Source of the DNA: Ascidiella aspersa
Taxonomy: Eukaryota
Assembly: GCA_963924565.1 (NCBI GenBank)
Contig: OZ004609.1
Coordinates: 28,644,001 to 28,708,000, forward strand
Length of the DNA stretch: 64,000 nt
Direction of reading: 5' to 3'
Shown: piece after piece, positions 12,750-25,500 of the stretch
Layout: every line of letters begins with the position of its first letter
Numbering within the stretch: position 1 is the stretch's first letter
Position numbers and translations under genes: made by a program
The notes under the pieces: generated by a model
Told to the model about the DNA's origin: nothing
The model's database searches: none
What the model saw: the letters and a program-made list of their open reading frames with translations, nothing else

Positions 12750-15700
12750 TTAACCGTTCGTCTCGTTCTTGCCGACAACCTTGTTCACGGCACGTTTCAC
12801 ATTGGAGAGCTCGAGGTTCTTGAGCTTTGCGGCGTGCAGCATTGCCTGTATAAAGCCGGTGCCTTGCTTGGCGTCCTCCTTGGTCTGCTGGAAGCGACTT
12901 GGAACTATCGAGGTGGTTGCCGCGATGGGAGCCTTGTTGTTGTCCTTGCTCAACATCTTCATTGCCTTCTTGCGGAGGATCTTCTGCGCCTCCGGGTAGT
13001 TCTTCACCACGTCGTATAGGTCGTTTTTGAGAAGCAGAAAGAGCGTGGTGTAGCCGGGGCTGTAGATGTTGGCCGTACGCCGGTTTCCTCCGCCGATCGC
13101 CAGCAGGCTGATCTCGCCGAACGCGGTGCCAGGGTAGAGCGACGCGAAAACTGTAGAGCGAGTGTCTCCCACCACCTGCACCGAGGTTAAAGTGATTTTA
13201 CCTCTAGACATACACCTTAGCCTGATTTCCGACTTGATTTGAGAAAATATTTAGAATTGGTTCGAGTTATTTGAACATGTAATTCGGCAATTTTTATTAA
13301 ACAAAATTTTGCTCATACTATAGTCTTATTTCTCCTAATAGATACCTTTTTGGTAATTTTGGTGTTCTTACCTAGGCCTACACGAATTTGGCAGATTTTA
13401 AAATGGGTAAAAAGTACTCGTGAGGCCCAACTGTCATATCAAAACAAAACTCAAAATATAACAAATATTCTATATATAGTAATTTATAAAATGTCTTGTT
13501 TACATCACTGACAGTGAATTACAAAACAGGGGTATCACTTTCCCCACAAAACACCGTAAGGTTGGACGCAGTAAGTAAACCGGCATCGCCAATTACATAA
13601 GATATTAAAACACCTACCTGCACCATTCCGTTAGTAATGATGTACATCTCCCTGCCCACCTCGCCCTTCTTGCACACGTAGTCGCCGGGCAGGTAGAGCA
13701 CCGGTTTAAGCTTAAGCAGCAGGTCATAGAGCAGCTGGCGGTCGCACTCCTTGAAGATCTCGACCTTGCTGAGCACGTCCATGTGCACGTTGATGGCGAT
13801 GTCGGTGTGCATCTTGTCGGGCATCTGCTTCAACAGCGCGTTTTCGTCCAGGATGCGCTGCGTGTTCCAGGTGTACTCAAACCAGAGCCGCACCTTTCGT
13901 TGGATGTCGACCGAGATGTGGTAGTTCTGCATGTAGCTGATGCAGGCGTTCTTGTGCGCGCGGTACGTCTCCTGCTCGGCGGCTGCTGAATGCACCGAGT
14001 CACGAACCTAAAGTGAAGAAAAAACTAATGTGTATGCTTCTTGTAGAGTAGAATATATACCAGTTGTCCTTTTTTGTAAAGTATCGCATGCACAGTTTAG
14101 TTACAACACGAAAGTCAAACTGTTCCCAGATAATTTGCTATAACCTGCTTTATGATTTCTAGGTAGGAATAAACTACGCAAAAACAAAAACTAATCGGCG
14201 CAGAATATGGCAACCAAGGTGACTTTTAACCAAGATTGATATACACAATGTGTATGCTTCTTCTACAGTTAAATATATACCGGTTGTCGTATAAAGTCAA
14301 ATAAACATCGGAAAAGGAAATATTTTTAAGCAGAAAACGATTCTGGATGGCAAAACAATGTATAAATGCACCAATTAGTTTGGTACTACGATACTACGAT
14401 ACTACCCTAAGTTAGGATATCGGCTCCTTTTAGATAATACTAGACATCTCTAGTATATACCAGTTGTAGCATATAGCAAAACATACATATCTAGTTCAGT
14501 AACAGGCATTGATTATAAGCCCAAGTTCTTAGTTACATTAAAATGCTATAGTTTTAAGTGTCTGGTTTTGACCCTATTACGACTATGATATACCATAGTT
14601 GTATTTTGGTCTAATTTCGAACTGTGTTGGACGATTATGTTATTCTAATTTGGGTATTATTCCTGGATTATTTTTAATTTCTAAAAACTTCTTATAGGGA
14701 AGTGTATCATGTATGAACAAATCGGCCCAAAATTTACTCATTTGATTAATTGACAACGATTGTTTGGGGTTGTAAATAATAAAAACAAAATTATTCTTGT
14801 ATATAAATGTATCTTAAACAAATAAGTAATATACAGCCTTTCGACTTAATGGTTATAGTTATATAAGCAGTTCGAGTTCAAACCGTCGCCGCTGCGAAAA
14901 AAAAATCTTGTAAACGCCAAATGTCACTGCTCATTCGGTTTCACGCTTAACGAACCTGTCCGATCACGATAGAGAAGATAAAAAGCCCGCAGAAGTAGTT
15001 GACCAGCTGTATGTAGTACTCAGTAGTGGTCACTGGCTCTGGTACGTTACCGATCGTCACGGTGGTCATGAAGGCCCAGAAGTAACACCTTATGTAGGCC
15101 ACGCCCTCCAGGTTATAACCCCACTCGCTCTTAAAGTCGCCCATATACGAGATGTAGTAGTAGAGGCAGGCGTCCAGGTGGATTGCGTACAGCAGGTAAC
15201 CAGTGGTGCGCACGACGCGAAAGATGTAGGCCTGCTTGAGAATCATCTCGAAGCGATTGTTAAACTCAAAGTACGAGTCGATTTTCGCGAGACGATTGAT
15301 TCTGAACACGGCCTTGACGCCGAACTTTAGATACAACAGGTCAGTGGGAAAAACAGCAATCAGGTCGCGTTTAAAGCGCCACGTCTTCAGATAGTGCGAA
15401 GAAGTAGCGCCTCGCTCGGTTTGCACGATTCCGCCCAGCAGGTACTGCCGGCGCGTTTGGAAGAGCGCGCTGTCGATTAGGTACACGGCGTCGGCCAGGT
15501 AATCAAGCACAAGCCAGGCGCCGAGGTTGTCCGGCGTCTGGTAGGGGAAGGAAACTCGCAGAGGCACGCAGAAGGCGTTGTACATAAAGCACACTGTCAC
15601 CACGAACTGATAGGCCAGGTACACGCCGTCGCTTTCCGGGTTGATGGTGGTAGGAAAGCGGTAGGCTATCAGGGTGGCCAAGAGGTTTTTCTTTGACGTT

Positions 15701-15915
15701 ACGTCGTGCTGGAAGACGGAGTCGGCGGGTTGGTGCTTACTCGCGTGGCCGTTTTCAACATCCTCGTCGGAACTGCTGTCGTCCTCAAAGAGGTGCTTCT
15801 CCATTCTCCTGGCTCGCTCGCTGCAACGGCGGTGCCAGTTCGAGAAGGCGTGCACCACCGCCGGATTCTGACACCGGTTCCGAATTAGTTCATCTTCTTC
15901 CGCGACCGAATACAT
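12750..15915 (-). CDS. Cyclic nucleotide-gated channel beta subunit (CNGB/TAX-2-like); exons 15915-14956, 14007-13618, 13175-12750 (~591 aa; start codon uncertain)
   Basis: S1-S6 transmembrane segments, S4 FRINRLAK, pore TIGNVPEP lacking the alpha-subunit Glu, C-linker, and CNBD motifs YLPGDYVCKKGEVGREMYII and FGEISLLAIGGGNRRTANI typical of CNGB. Both introns are phase 0. Confidence 0.92.
14027..14288 (+). repeat. Copy of WSCD intron sequence (9677-9744 plus 9844-9953) at 14065-14247, flanked by a 42-bp direct repeat (14027-14068 and 14247-14288)
   Basis: Near-identical text, e.g. TTTCTAGGTAGGAATAAACTACGCAAAAACAAAAACTAATCGGCGCAGAATATGGCAACCAAGG, occurs at both sites. Confidence 0.9.
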
Positions 15916-18900
15916 TTTTGAGACTCTCAGAGGCTACTAGACCAATATGCTCCTCAAATCGATTTAAAGTGCGACTGTAATGGCTATAGGCAGATAAAAA
16001 AGTTAGTTAGTACTGTTAAGTATAGGTGTAGCTGTTGTTAAACAGGTACACATACATCATACTTCAAACAGCCGTGCTGGCCAACTATAAAAATACTCAA
16101 ATTGTTGGTAGACCGTGTCTGGGAAGTTGTTGGGTTCTAATATCACCTTGGGCATTTTTTACTCTCGGTATCTTGTAAGCATTAAAATCCAAGTGTCTAA
16201 TGACATTTTTAAGGAAATATTAAAACGTAAAACTGATCCATAAACAGAAATATATCAAAACTTCCTCAATTTTCTTTTCTCATACCTTTTTCGGCCTAAA
16301 CTCGTCTTTAAACTAATGTTTTTAAATTTTACTTGCACTTTCAAACCAAATTTACTTCCTGATTAATAGCTACACGATTGGAAAACATTCCCTGAATACA
16401 CAATACATACAAAGATCCTACGTGTGGGACCGTATCACCAACAGTTGCTTATGCTGGGGTTCACGCCAGCCAAAACCAGATGTTAACACCAAGTCTTTTA
16501 AAAAACATTGATTAAGCATTATTAAGCATATTCGTATATCTATCACAACACTGTACACCAGCACTGTAAATACGCAATAGCTTTCAACATGGTAACAACA
16601 TCAGTGTTAAAAAAACGTTACCAGGCTTTCGTTGGGCATTAAATCCAAACAGCAAGAACCGCCAAACGGATTTTTTTATCCTTTTTAATCCTTTTGTATG
16701 GACGCAACGATGTCTGGCTTGGATTGGTTTCAGCAAGTGCAGATTAGAGGCGGGTGCAGTAAAATATCGATCAGATGAATGTGTTTCTTGATATACTAAG
16801 GTTTTCCTATTTTGATGGAATTACTTTACTGGTTATTTGGATAATAGCGTTACTTTTATGAGTCCATGTGTGCCACTAAGAGTCACGGCGATAAATTTAA
16901 TTTTCAATTTCCTCACATTGTCACGTGGAATGATTTAAGGAAATGGAAAATCGGAGTTTACAATAGGATAACCCAGAAAAGACGAGATGTTCCTAATTGT
17001 GTAGGTCCATTGCCCTACGCATTTCTCCTATTTAAACAACTGCGAAAATCCATTGCACCTCCAATAATTCTATCTACAAACCAATTTATAAAAAACTTTT
17101 GTTTGTAACATGCATGATAATTTATAGGTCTATTCTGGACCTGCGACAGATCCGAAATTCTGGACGCAAAGCTGTTTAAGATTTTCACACACAAATCCAT
17201 CTAGTTTATGTCAGAGATTGTCCCCATTTTAATTAATAGGGCCGGATTTAAAAATGACAACTCTAAACAGATTTTCCATTATATTTCGACCATTTTATAA
17301 CGCAATATGTTCTTCGCTAATTATGACAAGGATAGCAAAGAAATGTCAAACGCTACCACTGTTACTGCAAAACTGGACAGCTTAACAAAATTTGTTTTAC
17401 TACAACAGTTCTTCGGAAAACAAAACCCCTTCAAGTATCTTTTTTCAACAGTCCTTGTATTTTGATGTGTTAGGCACAAAACAAAACAAAGAAAACACAT
17501 TTAACTGGAAGTCGTATTCAGCAAAGAAAGCGAACAAATCAAAGCACAGACGAAAATAAAGGCCGTAGATTCATTTAGCGATTAAAGATTAATATTACTT
17601 TGGTTTATGTGGCACATGGTGGAGCATGACACAAAAGAAAGACGGGCAATAATGAAGGTTTTGGGAAAACTTTTAGACCACTGACGAAATGACAACGTTT
17701 GCGCAACGAAGTAAAACCTAATTACAAATGAGCTAAAAAGCGAGGTCGCGCGCTCCGCAAATGTACACCCTAAAGATAAATAATATCCCGCGACCAATTT
17801 ATTATTAATGTTAATACTTCGATTACCTAAAGTGGAACTTTTGGTTCGAACAGGGCCGCGTGAAACGAAGGCTGAAACAATTACTGAGAATATCGGAAGA
17901 GCAAATGTACAGAGATAGGAGGGTAATATGAGAGATAGAAAAAACATAAACAAAAGGGTTAAGTTTTCGTTTGTACATCGATTGCTGACGGAGACGATGA
18001 ATTACAGTGTAGGCTGGACAACGGGGGTGGGGCGTTCGTTAAGGGACACGCCCTAAAATTGTTTTAGGCCTACGATACACCTATGTACACATCACCAACG
18101 TGGGGGGTTCAGGCGCGCGGATTATCTTATCGTACAACCTAAAACGCGTACAGGTTAAAACTAGGAAGGAAACGTGTTACGACGAAAATGGTTAGACAAA
18201 GTGGCTGTACAAAGCACAGAAGGGGCTACAAGTACTCACAATCAGGCTGATTATAGGGAAAATTGCCGAGGCTGTTTTCATTTTAAAATCGCTAAACCTG
18301 AACAGCACACAGAGCTTGAAATGATGCTCGTCTACACGTACAGACGGCGGCATTTCGAGCCTTGTCGTGTGCCAAGGTACACGTCGACATGGCGGAACAT
18401 GGAATAGCAAGCGGCCACCGTTATCGTGTTATGTCGCATGATTCGATTAATAGCTGTACATGGCATATGGGGTGCTTGTTTGGAGCATATTAGGGGCGGG
18501 TTTTATACATAGTGAGAACGCCTTTTCGCATTCTTTACGGGAGGTCATTTAGTTCTTTGTCAGGAGAGTATTATAGGGTCAACGTTTCAATTGAAACTTG
18601 ACGCTTTCCCAGCACACGTTTGGTCAATTGGCTAGCGGGCGAAAATGCGCTCTAAATAAATTTGTCGTTACAGAAAATGTTGGAACTTTATGGATTGGTC
18701 TGCGTTTCGCTATACTAAGTAAGCAGGTGCGCAACAAATACAACGGCGGGTCGGTTTAAAACAAACCGTATTTACAAAACTTTCAAAGTTCAGAATTATC
18801 CGAATTTGAGCAACGGCACACAAGGCAAACGGTAACTTTGACTTTTAGGTGTTTTGGTTTCCGAAAAAAATAAAGCGACCTTAGTGGTTTAGGCAGATTT

Positions 18901-21900
18901 GAAATAGCCAAAACGACAATTGGCACTTTGCGCCTTTTTCATAGGAACCATTTTACTGTGTTTTACAAAAAAACCTTACGGTAATAGTTTCCTAAAACGC
19001 GTCACATTTTAAACCATCTTCGGGTTTCTAATAAATTCCGATGTTTTGCGAAATCAAACGATACGTTTAACTACCAATAGCTGTTATCCACCCCATTTAC
19101 GAAAAAAACGAGTGGTAAGCTGTGCTTTATTTCGCAAATCTCTGCGCGTGGACAGGAGACGGCTCAGATCCATGCATGCAAATCTGCAAATCTTGTCGTC
19201 ACGTCTCGACCTTGGGCATCAACTCGGGTTAATTCGAGTTAATAAATAGCGCTTCGAGTTTACAAGCTGCTGGGATACGGTCGCTCGGGTTTGTCGAATC
19301 GAGAAACAAGGGTCCGCCTTGTCAGAGACGGAAGGGAATTCGAGGCGCTGGTTTTTACCAAACCGTTGTGTCTGGACTTTCGGCTGGTTTTGGGAAGCGA
19401 TTTTTATGTTCTAAATGTTCGCAAATATCACGCGTTAAAACCCTGCAGTGGGCGCTTTTGGATGGAAAAGCGGTTGGTGATCTTGGTCGATAATGAATTA
19501 AACCTGTTCACTATCTTGGGGTTTTAAAGTGCATTTCTACAAACAAAACAACCGAAATCCGTACAGAAGTAAACATTGTGGACAATTTATATAAGCCTGA
19601 TCATTAACGTGTAAATCACACATACAAAGAGTAAAAAAGTCACGTTTCGGTTGAAACAACACAGGGAAGCCGCGGATTTTAACAGCAGATCGAATTAGCA
19701 ACCGCTACAGGCGACCACAATTCATAGAAGCGGCGTTGTTGCGAGCGAGGAGCGGGAAAAGAGGCGAACTCGTTCGGGTTCAAGCTGCCGAGGCGAACGC
19801 GCTGATTGTTTTCAAGGTCGAGCCGAGCGCGCCATCCTCGGTTGCTTGCCGCAGACGCGTAACCGTAACACGGCGCTTCGGCGGCTGTGCAACGGTGACT
19901 TGATTTCGCGGTTTTAATGCAAAGGCGGACCCATAGGACTTGTACTGCGCTTGTTTTTGGCTGGTTTATACACCGCCGCTTTGTACCAGACTGGATCCTG
20001 TTTTTTACACCTTTTTACCAGCAGGGTGACAAAAGGATGGTTGCTCCAAAACGCCCGTGCTAAATGACCGTCCAGCTTCAAAATGGGCGCTTTTTAAAAA
20101 TGACCACGTTAATTTACCGCAATGTCGCGCTAAATTAAATAAATCGTTTTTGGTGGCGGCGAGCTTTGCAGATTTTAGCCTTGGTTATATTTGGCACTCA
20201 TTAGATCCGTTCGACGTTGGGTTTAAAAGAACAGCTCTGGCGGGCGCTGCAGACTGATTTAGGCGCAAGCGACTTTTGCTAGTTCGAAAGGAAACTATAC
20301 GCTAAGCTACGGGCTACAGAACATTTGTGTTGTTGCGTTAGTGCCGACCACACGATTCTTTGCTGAACTTAGCTAAGTAAAGGATTTAATACTTTGACCT
20401 TAACCGGGGGTTCTTAACGAGCCAATTAAACCGAATACACAGCGACGGCTAAAAAGCGTGTTTTTACCAACTGGGAGATGGCACTTTGAGGAAGAAAAAA
20501 AGCTAAAGGATAGGAGCACCGCGTTGGGTTGGTGACACCACATTTTCGGGCAAAACATGAATTTTGTACAGGAAGGAGGGTGCTTTGCAAAACAGGCATT
20601 TTTCTAAGTAGGAAGCGAGATTCGCGTATTGTGCCCGCCGCTTCGGATTGACTTTTCGGCCTTGATAAAAATAGCGGACGATGCAATATGACGTGATTTA
20701 AACAGCCAGTGAATAAAAATAAAAAAAAGCCTGTGCGCCTTATGGCACACAACGGTTACGTCCAAAACCACTTAGTTCGCTGTTTTCGAAAAAAAGTACG
20801 TTTCAAAGCTGGATTCAACGCAAATAACGGAATACGATTTGTACAGCAAGGAATTACGGCGCAGAAAATGTGTTTACACTCTCGCTTTAAAAAGATTTTG
20901 TGATCGAATATCGACTTGTGGCTTACGTGCCTTAAAGACGCTGAACCGTTTGCCCGTCACAAAAATTACATTAATTCAGGCAACGGGGTTAAGTTAATCA
21001 CTATAGAAATATAGTTTGCGAAAAAATACGACGTCGGTTACAAGAATACGCGATGAGAAGGCGTAGTGAAGCGAAAAAGAAACATCAAAACACGTAACAG
21101 ACAGAAACTCAGACACCGAATTTTGGATATCAGGGTCTACTTTTAGACACTATTTAGGATGAGGAAGAACAATTATGGATCGAGAAGGGGTGGGACAATT
21201 TCCTGTGACCTATACGTTACTGTGAACGTTTTCCTATACGTTACTGTGAGCTATAGGGTGGGGATTAGCGGAATCAATTGCGTATCGGCGTGCTGTGCAT
21301 TTCTAAGCCACTCTAAAAATACCGGTATTTCAGGTTTGACTCCGTGAAAGATTAAGAGGTTGCCGAAAGTCCCAAAGCTGCAACCGGCTGCTTAACAACA
21401 AGCCGCGGTAACTACACTCGAGGCGAAAGGCGACGGTTCTGTTGAGAGAAAGTCGGTGTTTGTTGCAATGCGCAAAACTTTTTACCAACCGGCCTTATAA
21501 AAACGGTCGAGTTTAGTTTTTTAGATGCAAGTAATATACGCAGCACTTCTAAGGGCGAAGCAGCTATCGAAACCGTGTTTCGCAATCACGTTCGCAAAAT
21601 TAGCTACCATGCGCCTTTTGCAATTTTTTTGATCGTTGTCGTTCAAAACTTAGTGATGTCATCGCAATGGCGGAAGAGAATTGGGAACGTTGGAGAAAGT
21701 CATCAAATCGTTGCTGTCAACATGATTTATTCTAGTTTGTCGTGACTCAAAGATGTAAATACAACTTAAAAATGCCTCAAAAGAGGTTGAAAAATTTGCA
21801 GCACGCAAATAAACACCCTCTTCCATCTCAAACTTTAATCTATAAGACGCAATAAATGGGCTTTTAAAATCGGAGGCATCATAACAAGGGGCCAAAATCT

Positions 21901-22566
21901 TGTGTTGGGATGCTCTTGTCCCAATTAGTTAAAAATATGCTTAGTGAGAAACAGTGAAGAAGGGCCACCACAATCTTATCCTTCGCGAAGATCGTGATAT
22001 TTATTCAATACTAATGTAATTTAAGAACCGTAGGCAAGCAAAATTCGACAGGTTTCCTGCCGCAAAAGGACATCAAATTTTCATTTTGTATACTGCAGAT
22101 TGATCCGCATGGGCTATTTATAAATTTGCAATACCTTGTGCGTATTTGTTTGTTGGGCTCTGTTCCGTTTAGAATGACACAAAATAAAACACGACACATA
22201 CACGATTTGCGGCAGGTTAATAAAAAAGAACGCAAACTGACAATTGCTTTGGGGAGTATTTGCAAGCTCATGTGTGTGTCTTCTAAAACTCCACGTTACA
22301 GATAAGCAAATTTAGGCGAAACTTGAGAACGATTCAAGGCGACGACGGAAGAGCACAGTTTTGGCAGGCGAGGCGCTCCTGTTACGTCACAATCAAGGAC
22401 GCATCGTTTAAATTTAAAAACAAACAGGCTACGTACGACAGCAGAGCACTGTACACCGGAACGAAGCCGGAGCACGATAGGTTGTGTGGATTCACTTGTG
22501 TATTTCTAGGAGTGGTGTGTTTTTCTGTGTGCGCGAAGAGTAGAATATGAGAAGGAGTGATAATGC

Positions 22567-25500
22567 TCATCCTCCCTCTTCGTTGGAAAAATCTCGCTCG
22601 GCGCTGGCGCTCAGGCGACAGGCGACGGCGGTGACCAGCGCAGCTCCTTTGCCACTGCCGTCGGACGACTCGCGGAATGTGACGTCACAGTCGGGACAGA
22701 GTTCGTTGACCTTTTCGCTGAGCAGGTGGCGGAAGCTGGAAAGCGAGTGGTGGAAGATGTTATTGTTGTTTGGGGATAAAATTGGTAAGGGCTAGAAATG
22801 TGACCCAAAACGCTTCCAAATTTTAAATTAGATTAAGCTTAAACTTGAGCTTTCCATGATTTTTTTTAAATTAAATTTGAAATATTATTAAAGCTCATAC
22901 CAGAAGCTGGTAGCATATTTCTAACGTTTCGAATGATGATTAATTTGTTTTCATGACGCTAAAAACAAATAAGGAATTATTGGAAAGATTCAAAATATGA
23001 TATATACTTCTGTATGGGCTTTGTTATTTAATCTACGTTTAGCTACACCCTTCAGTCATTATGCTCCAAAAATAGGAATTAAAATCGAACTTACGAAAAC
23101 TTAAAAAGATTAAAAAACTTTAAACCATGAACTAGAACATTCTCAAAACTATTTAAAAAAAACTAACACATTGTTTCAAAGAAGTAAAACTCAGCGATAA
23201 AAATACAAGTCAAACAAGGAGTATACATTCACGGATATACACCTATTTTACAGTTTCAAAGAAGGTTCGAATTAACTCTTTTTAAAAAGTCTGGTTACGT
23301 TTTTAGCCAGTTACTAAAAATCAAATCGGTTTTAACCAGTAGATGAATTTACCGTCGTACAGGACTTTTTTCCTAGGCAGACTCCGGGTTAAATTTTTCT
23401 TTTGATTTAACAGCCGTTTGGTATTTTAAAACACACTTCGGTATGAACGATGTTAACATTTATGTTTTCACGCTCGTTTTAAACAGTTTTAGTACCGTGA
23501 TTTATTTCCACAAAAATAAAAAAAATATTACATAAATGTTTTTTCATTTAATTAATCCATATTTTATTCCAAAATTTAACCAAAATTATTCCTTCACGTT
23601 CTAGTGTGCATTAGTTATTTAACGCAAATTATTCTTGTCTTAAATACCCCTTGTTTTTTTAAAAACAATTGTTTTTGGGAATAACACACATTTTTAAGCG
23701 ACCTTCAACAGTTCACCAGTGGGTTGTGAAGTGCTGCAAAACAACAACAAACTCCGCAGGGTATACTCGCGAAAACAAGAGGCAAGACTGATGGAACAAC
23801 ACGCGTGTCAAGTCGGGTCACTTCTTACACGACACCCTGCTGGCATGCCAATAAAAATGACATTGGGCGGCCAGGTTAGGGAACTTTGCCCCACTGCAGG
23901 CCTGATGCACGCCCGAAATCGACTTTAAGGTATTTGTGCAACGTGGCTGTGGCATGTTTACTACGACGTATAATAAGCTTCACGCGTGGTCGCTTTGTTT
24001 GTCTGCCGCAAACAACCCCGCAAAAAGACGCAGTGGAAAATTTCGCCGACGCAGTAAAGTTTACCACGCTCGCTGGTTGAAGTTTCGAGATCGAATTTGC
24101 GACGCCAAACGAACTTTGACAAACATCGTAACTCTTTTGCTTGCAAAAGTATAGTGTATAGCTTACAAAACGTTTATAAACGTAGACGCCTTCATTCTGT
24201 TGTCCTAGATCAGTTTAAATATTACTCAACATTCGTTTGATCGTATTTACTTCTTAAAGCCAATTTGTTTTACAAGTGCGATTTATTCGCCAAGTTTTCG
24301 GTTTAGTATTCGCTTGTTTAAAAATATATGTAACCACAGCAGAAAAAGTATTTGTTTTAAGCTAAAAAAAATGCTTGTTCGTTTAGGCTTTTTCTCCAAG
24401 CTTTAAAAAACGATTTCAAACACAACACACAGTAGCAAGTTTACTTCGCTTGAGCTGTTTTCTATTAATAGAAAGATTTTTTTTTAAACTGCAACGACTA
24501 GAACGCAGTATAAATTTTACAAAAAAATAATTACAGCTGTTTGTTCCAGGGTGCGACGAAAGACCATAAGGTACATCGAGTCAACTGCACCTTCTCAAGT
24601 CCATTTTTGTGCCTTTTTTAGCACGGTTGTTACCCCGGTTTGCACCCAACAAACACGTCCGCGACACAAAAGGACGCAGGCAAAGCTTCGTAAAAGCGAA
24701 TAAAACGGGCCTAAAAATCGCGTCGATTCGCGGAAAATCGTGCAACGGCAGGTGCTACAGCGCTATCGGCGACTGCACAGGGCTCGATAACGTGCGGCAG
24801 TATTGCGAGAAAACGTGTGGCGCACAGAACAGTTCTTGGAAGTAATTGAGCCCCGCAGCTAGGCAGCTTGTCAGCACTTCAGTCCGGCTAGTTTTGTAAG
24901 CGTTCTTGACGCTCGCGATTAAATCGAGCCTCGAAATTCGGATTGCGATGTGTTTGCTTTTATATTGCTACGTTTGCCGTATCTGTTTTTGGTGCACGCC
25001 CAAGTCGGTCGTGTTTTTTTGCCCGCGTTATTTTAGGCTACTTTAGGTAAAATAAAATTACTAAGCTCATTTTGGTTATATGCCGAAAAGCATTTTAATG
25101 CGAGTTTTGCATAAATTTAAGCTTATATGTTAAATGTAGAAACACGCATAATTTATCGCAATTCAGCAATATGTTGCCATCTTATTATTAAATACCCTTG
25201 GACATATAACCTGCTCCAAAAATGTGAAAGCAATTAAATGCTATTTTATTATGACAAATCTATTCATCGAAATTCGCTTCTTATATTATGCTATTTTTTA
25301 CAAAAAACGGCTTTAACAGCACTTCAACAGTTGCCCTATACAAGGTCGGCTCACTGCGCAAATAGAAAAACGACCGCGACATTACGGGCGGTTGCTACTG
25401 TCCAGCGCGCAAGCTAACCTCACAACAAAAAGGACTTGGCCTAAAGCTAAAAGAGAGAGAAAAAACGCGCCAGCCGTTCTCCGGCCTACAGTAAGGAAAC

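Noticed and set aside
14835-14905. tRNA/SINE-like B-box (GTTCAAACC) followed by an A-run
   Set aside because: No cloverleaf, convincing A-box or second copy.
16621-16638. Possible upstream CNGB coding micro-exon (MPNESL followed by GTAACG)
   Set aside because: It is in frame only through a weak acceptor at ~15934, and there is no other support.
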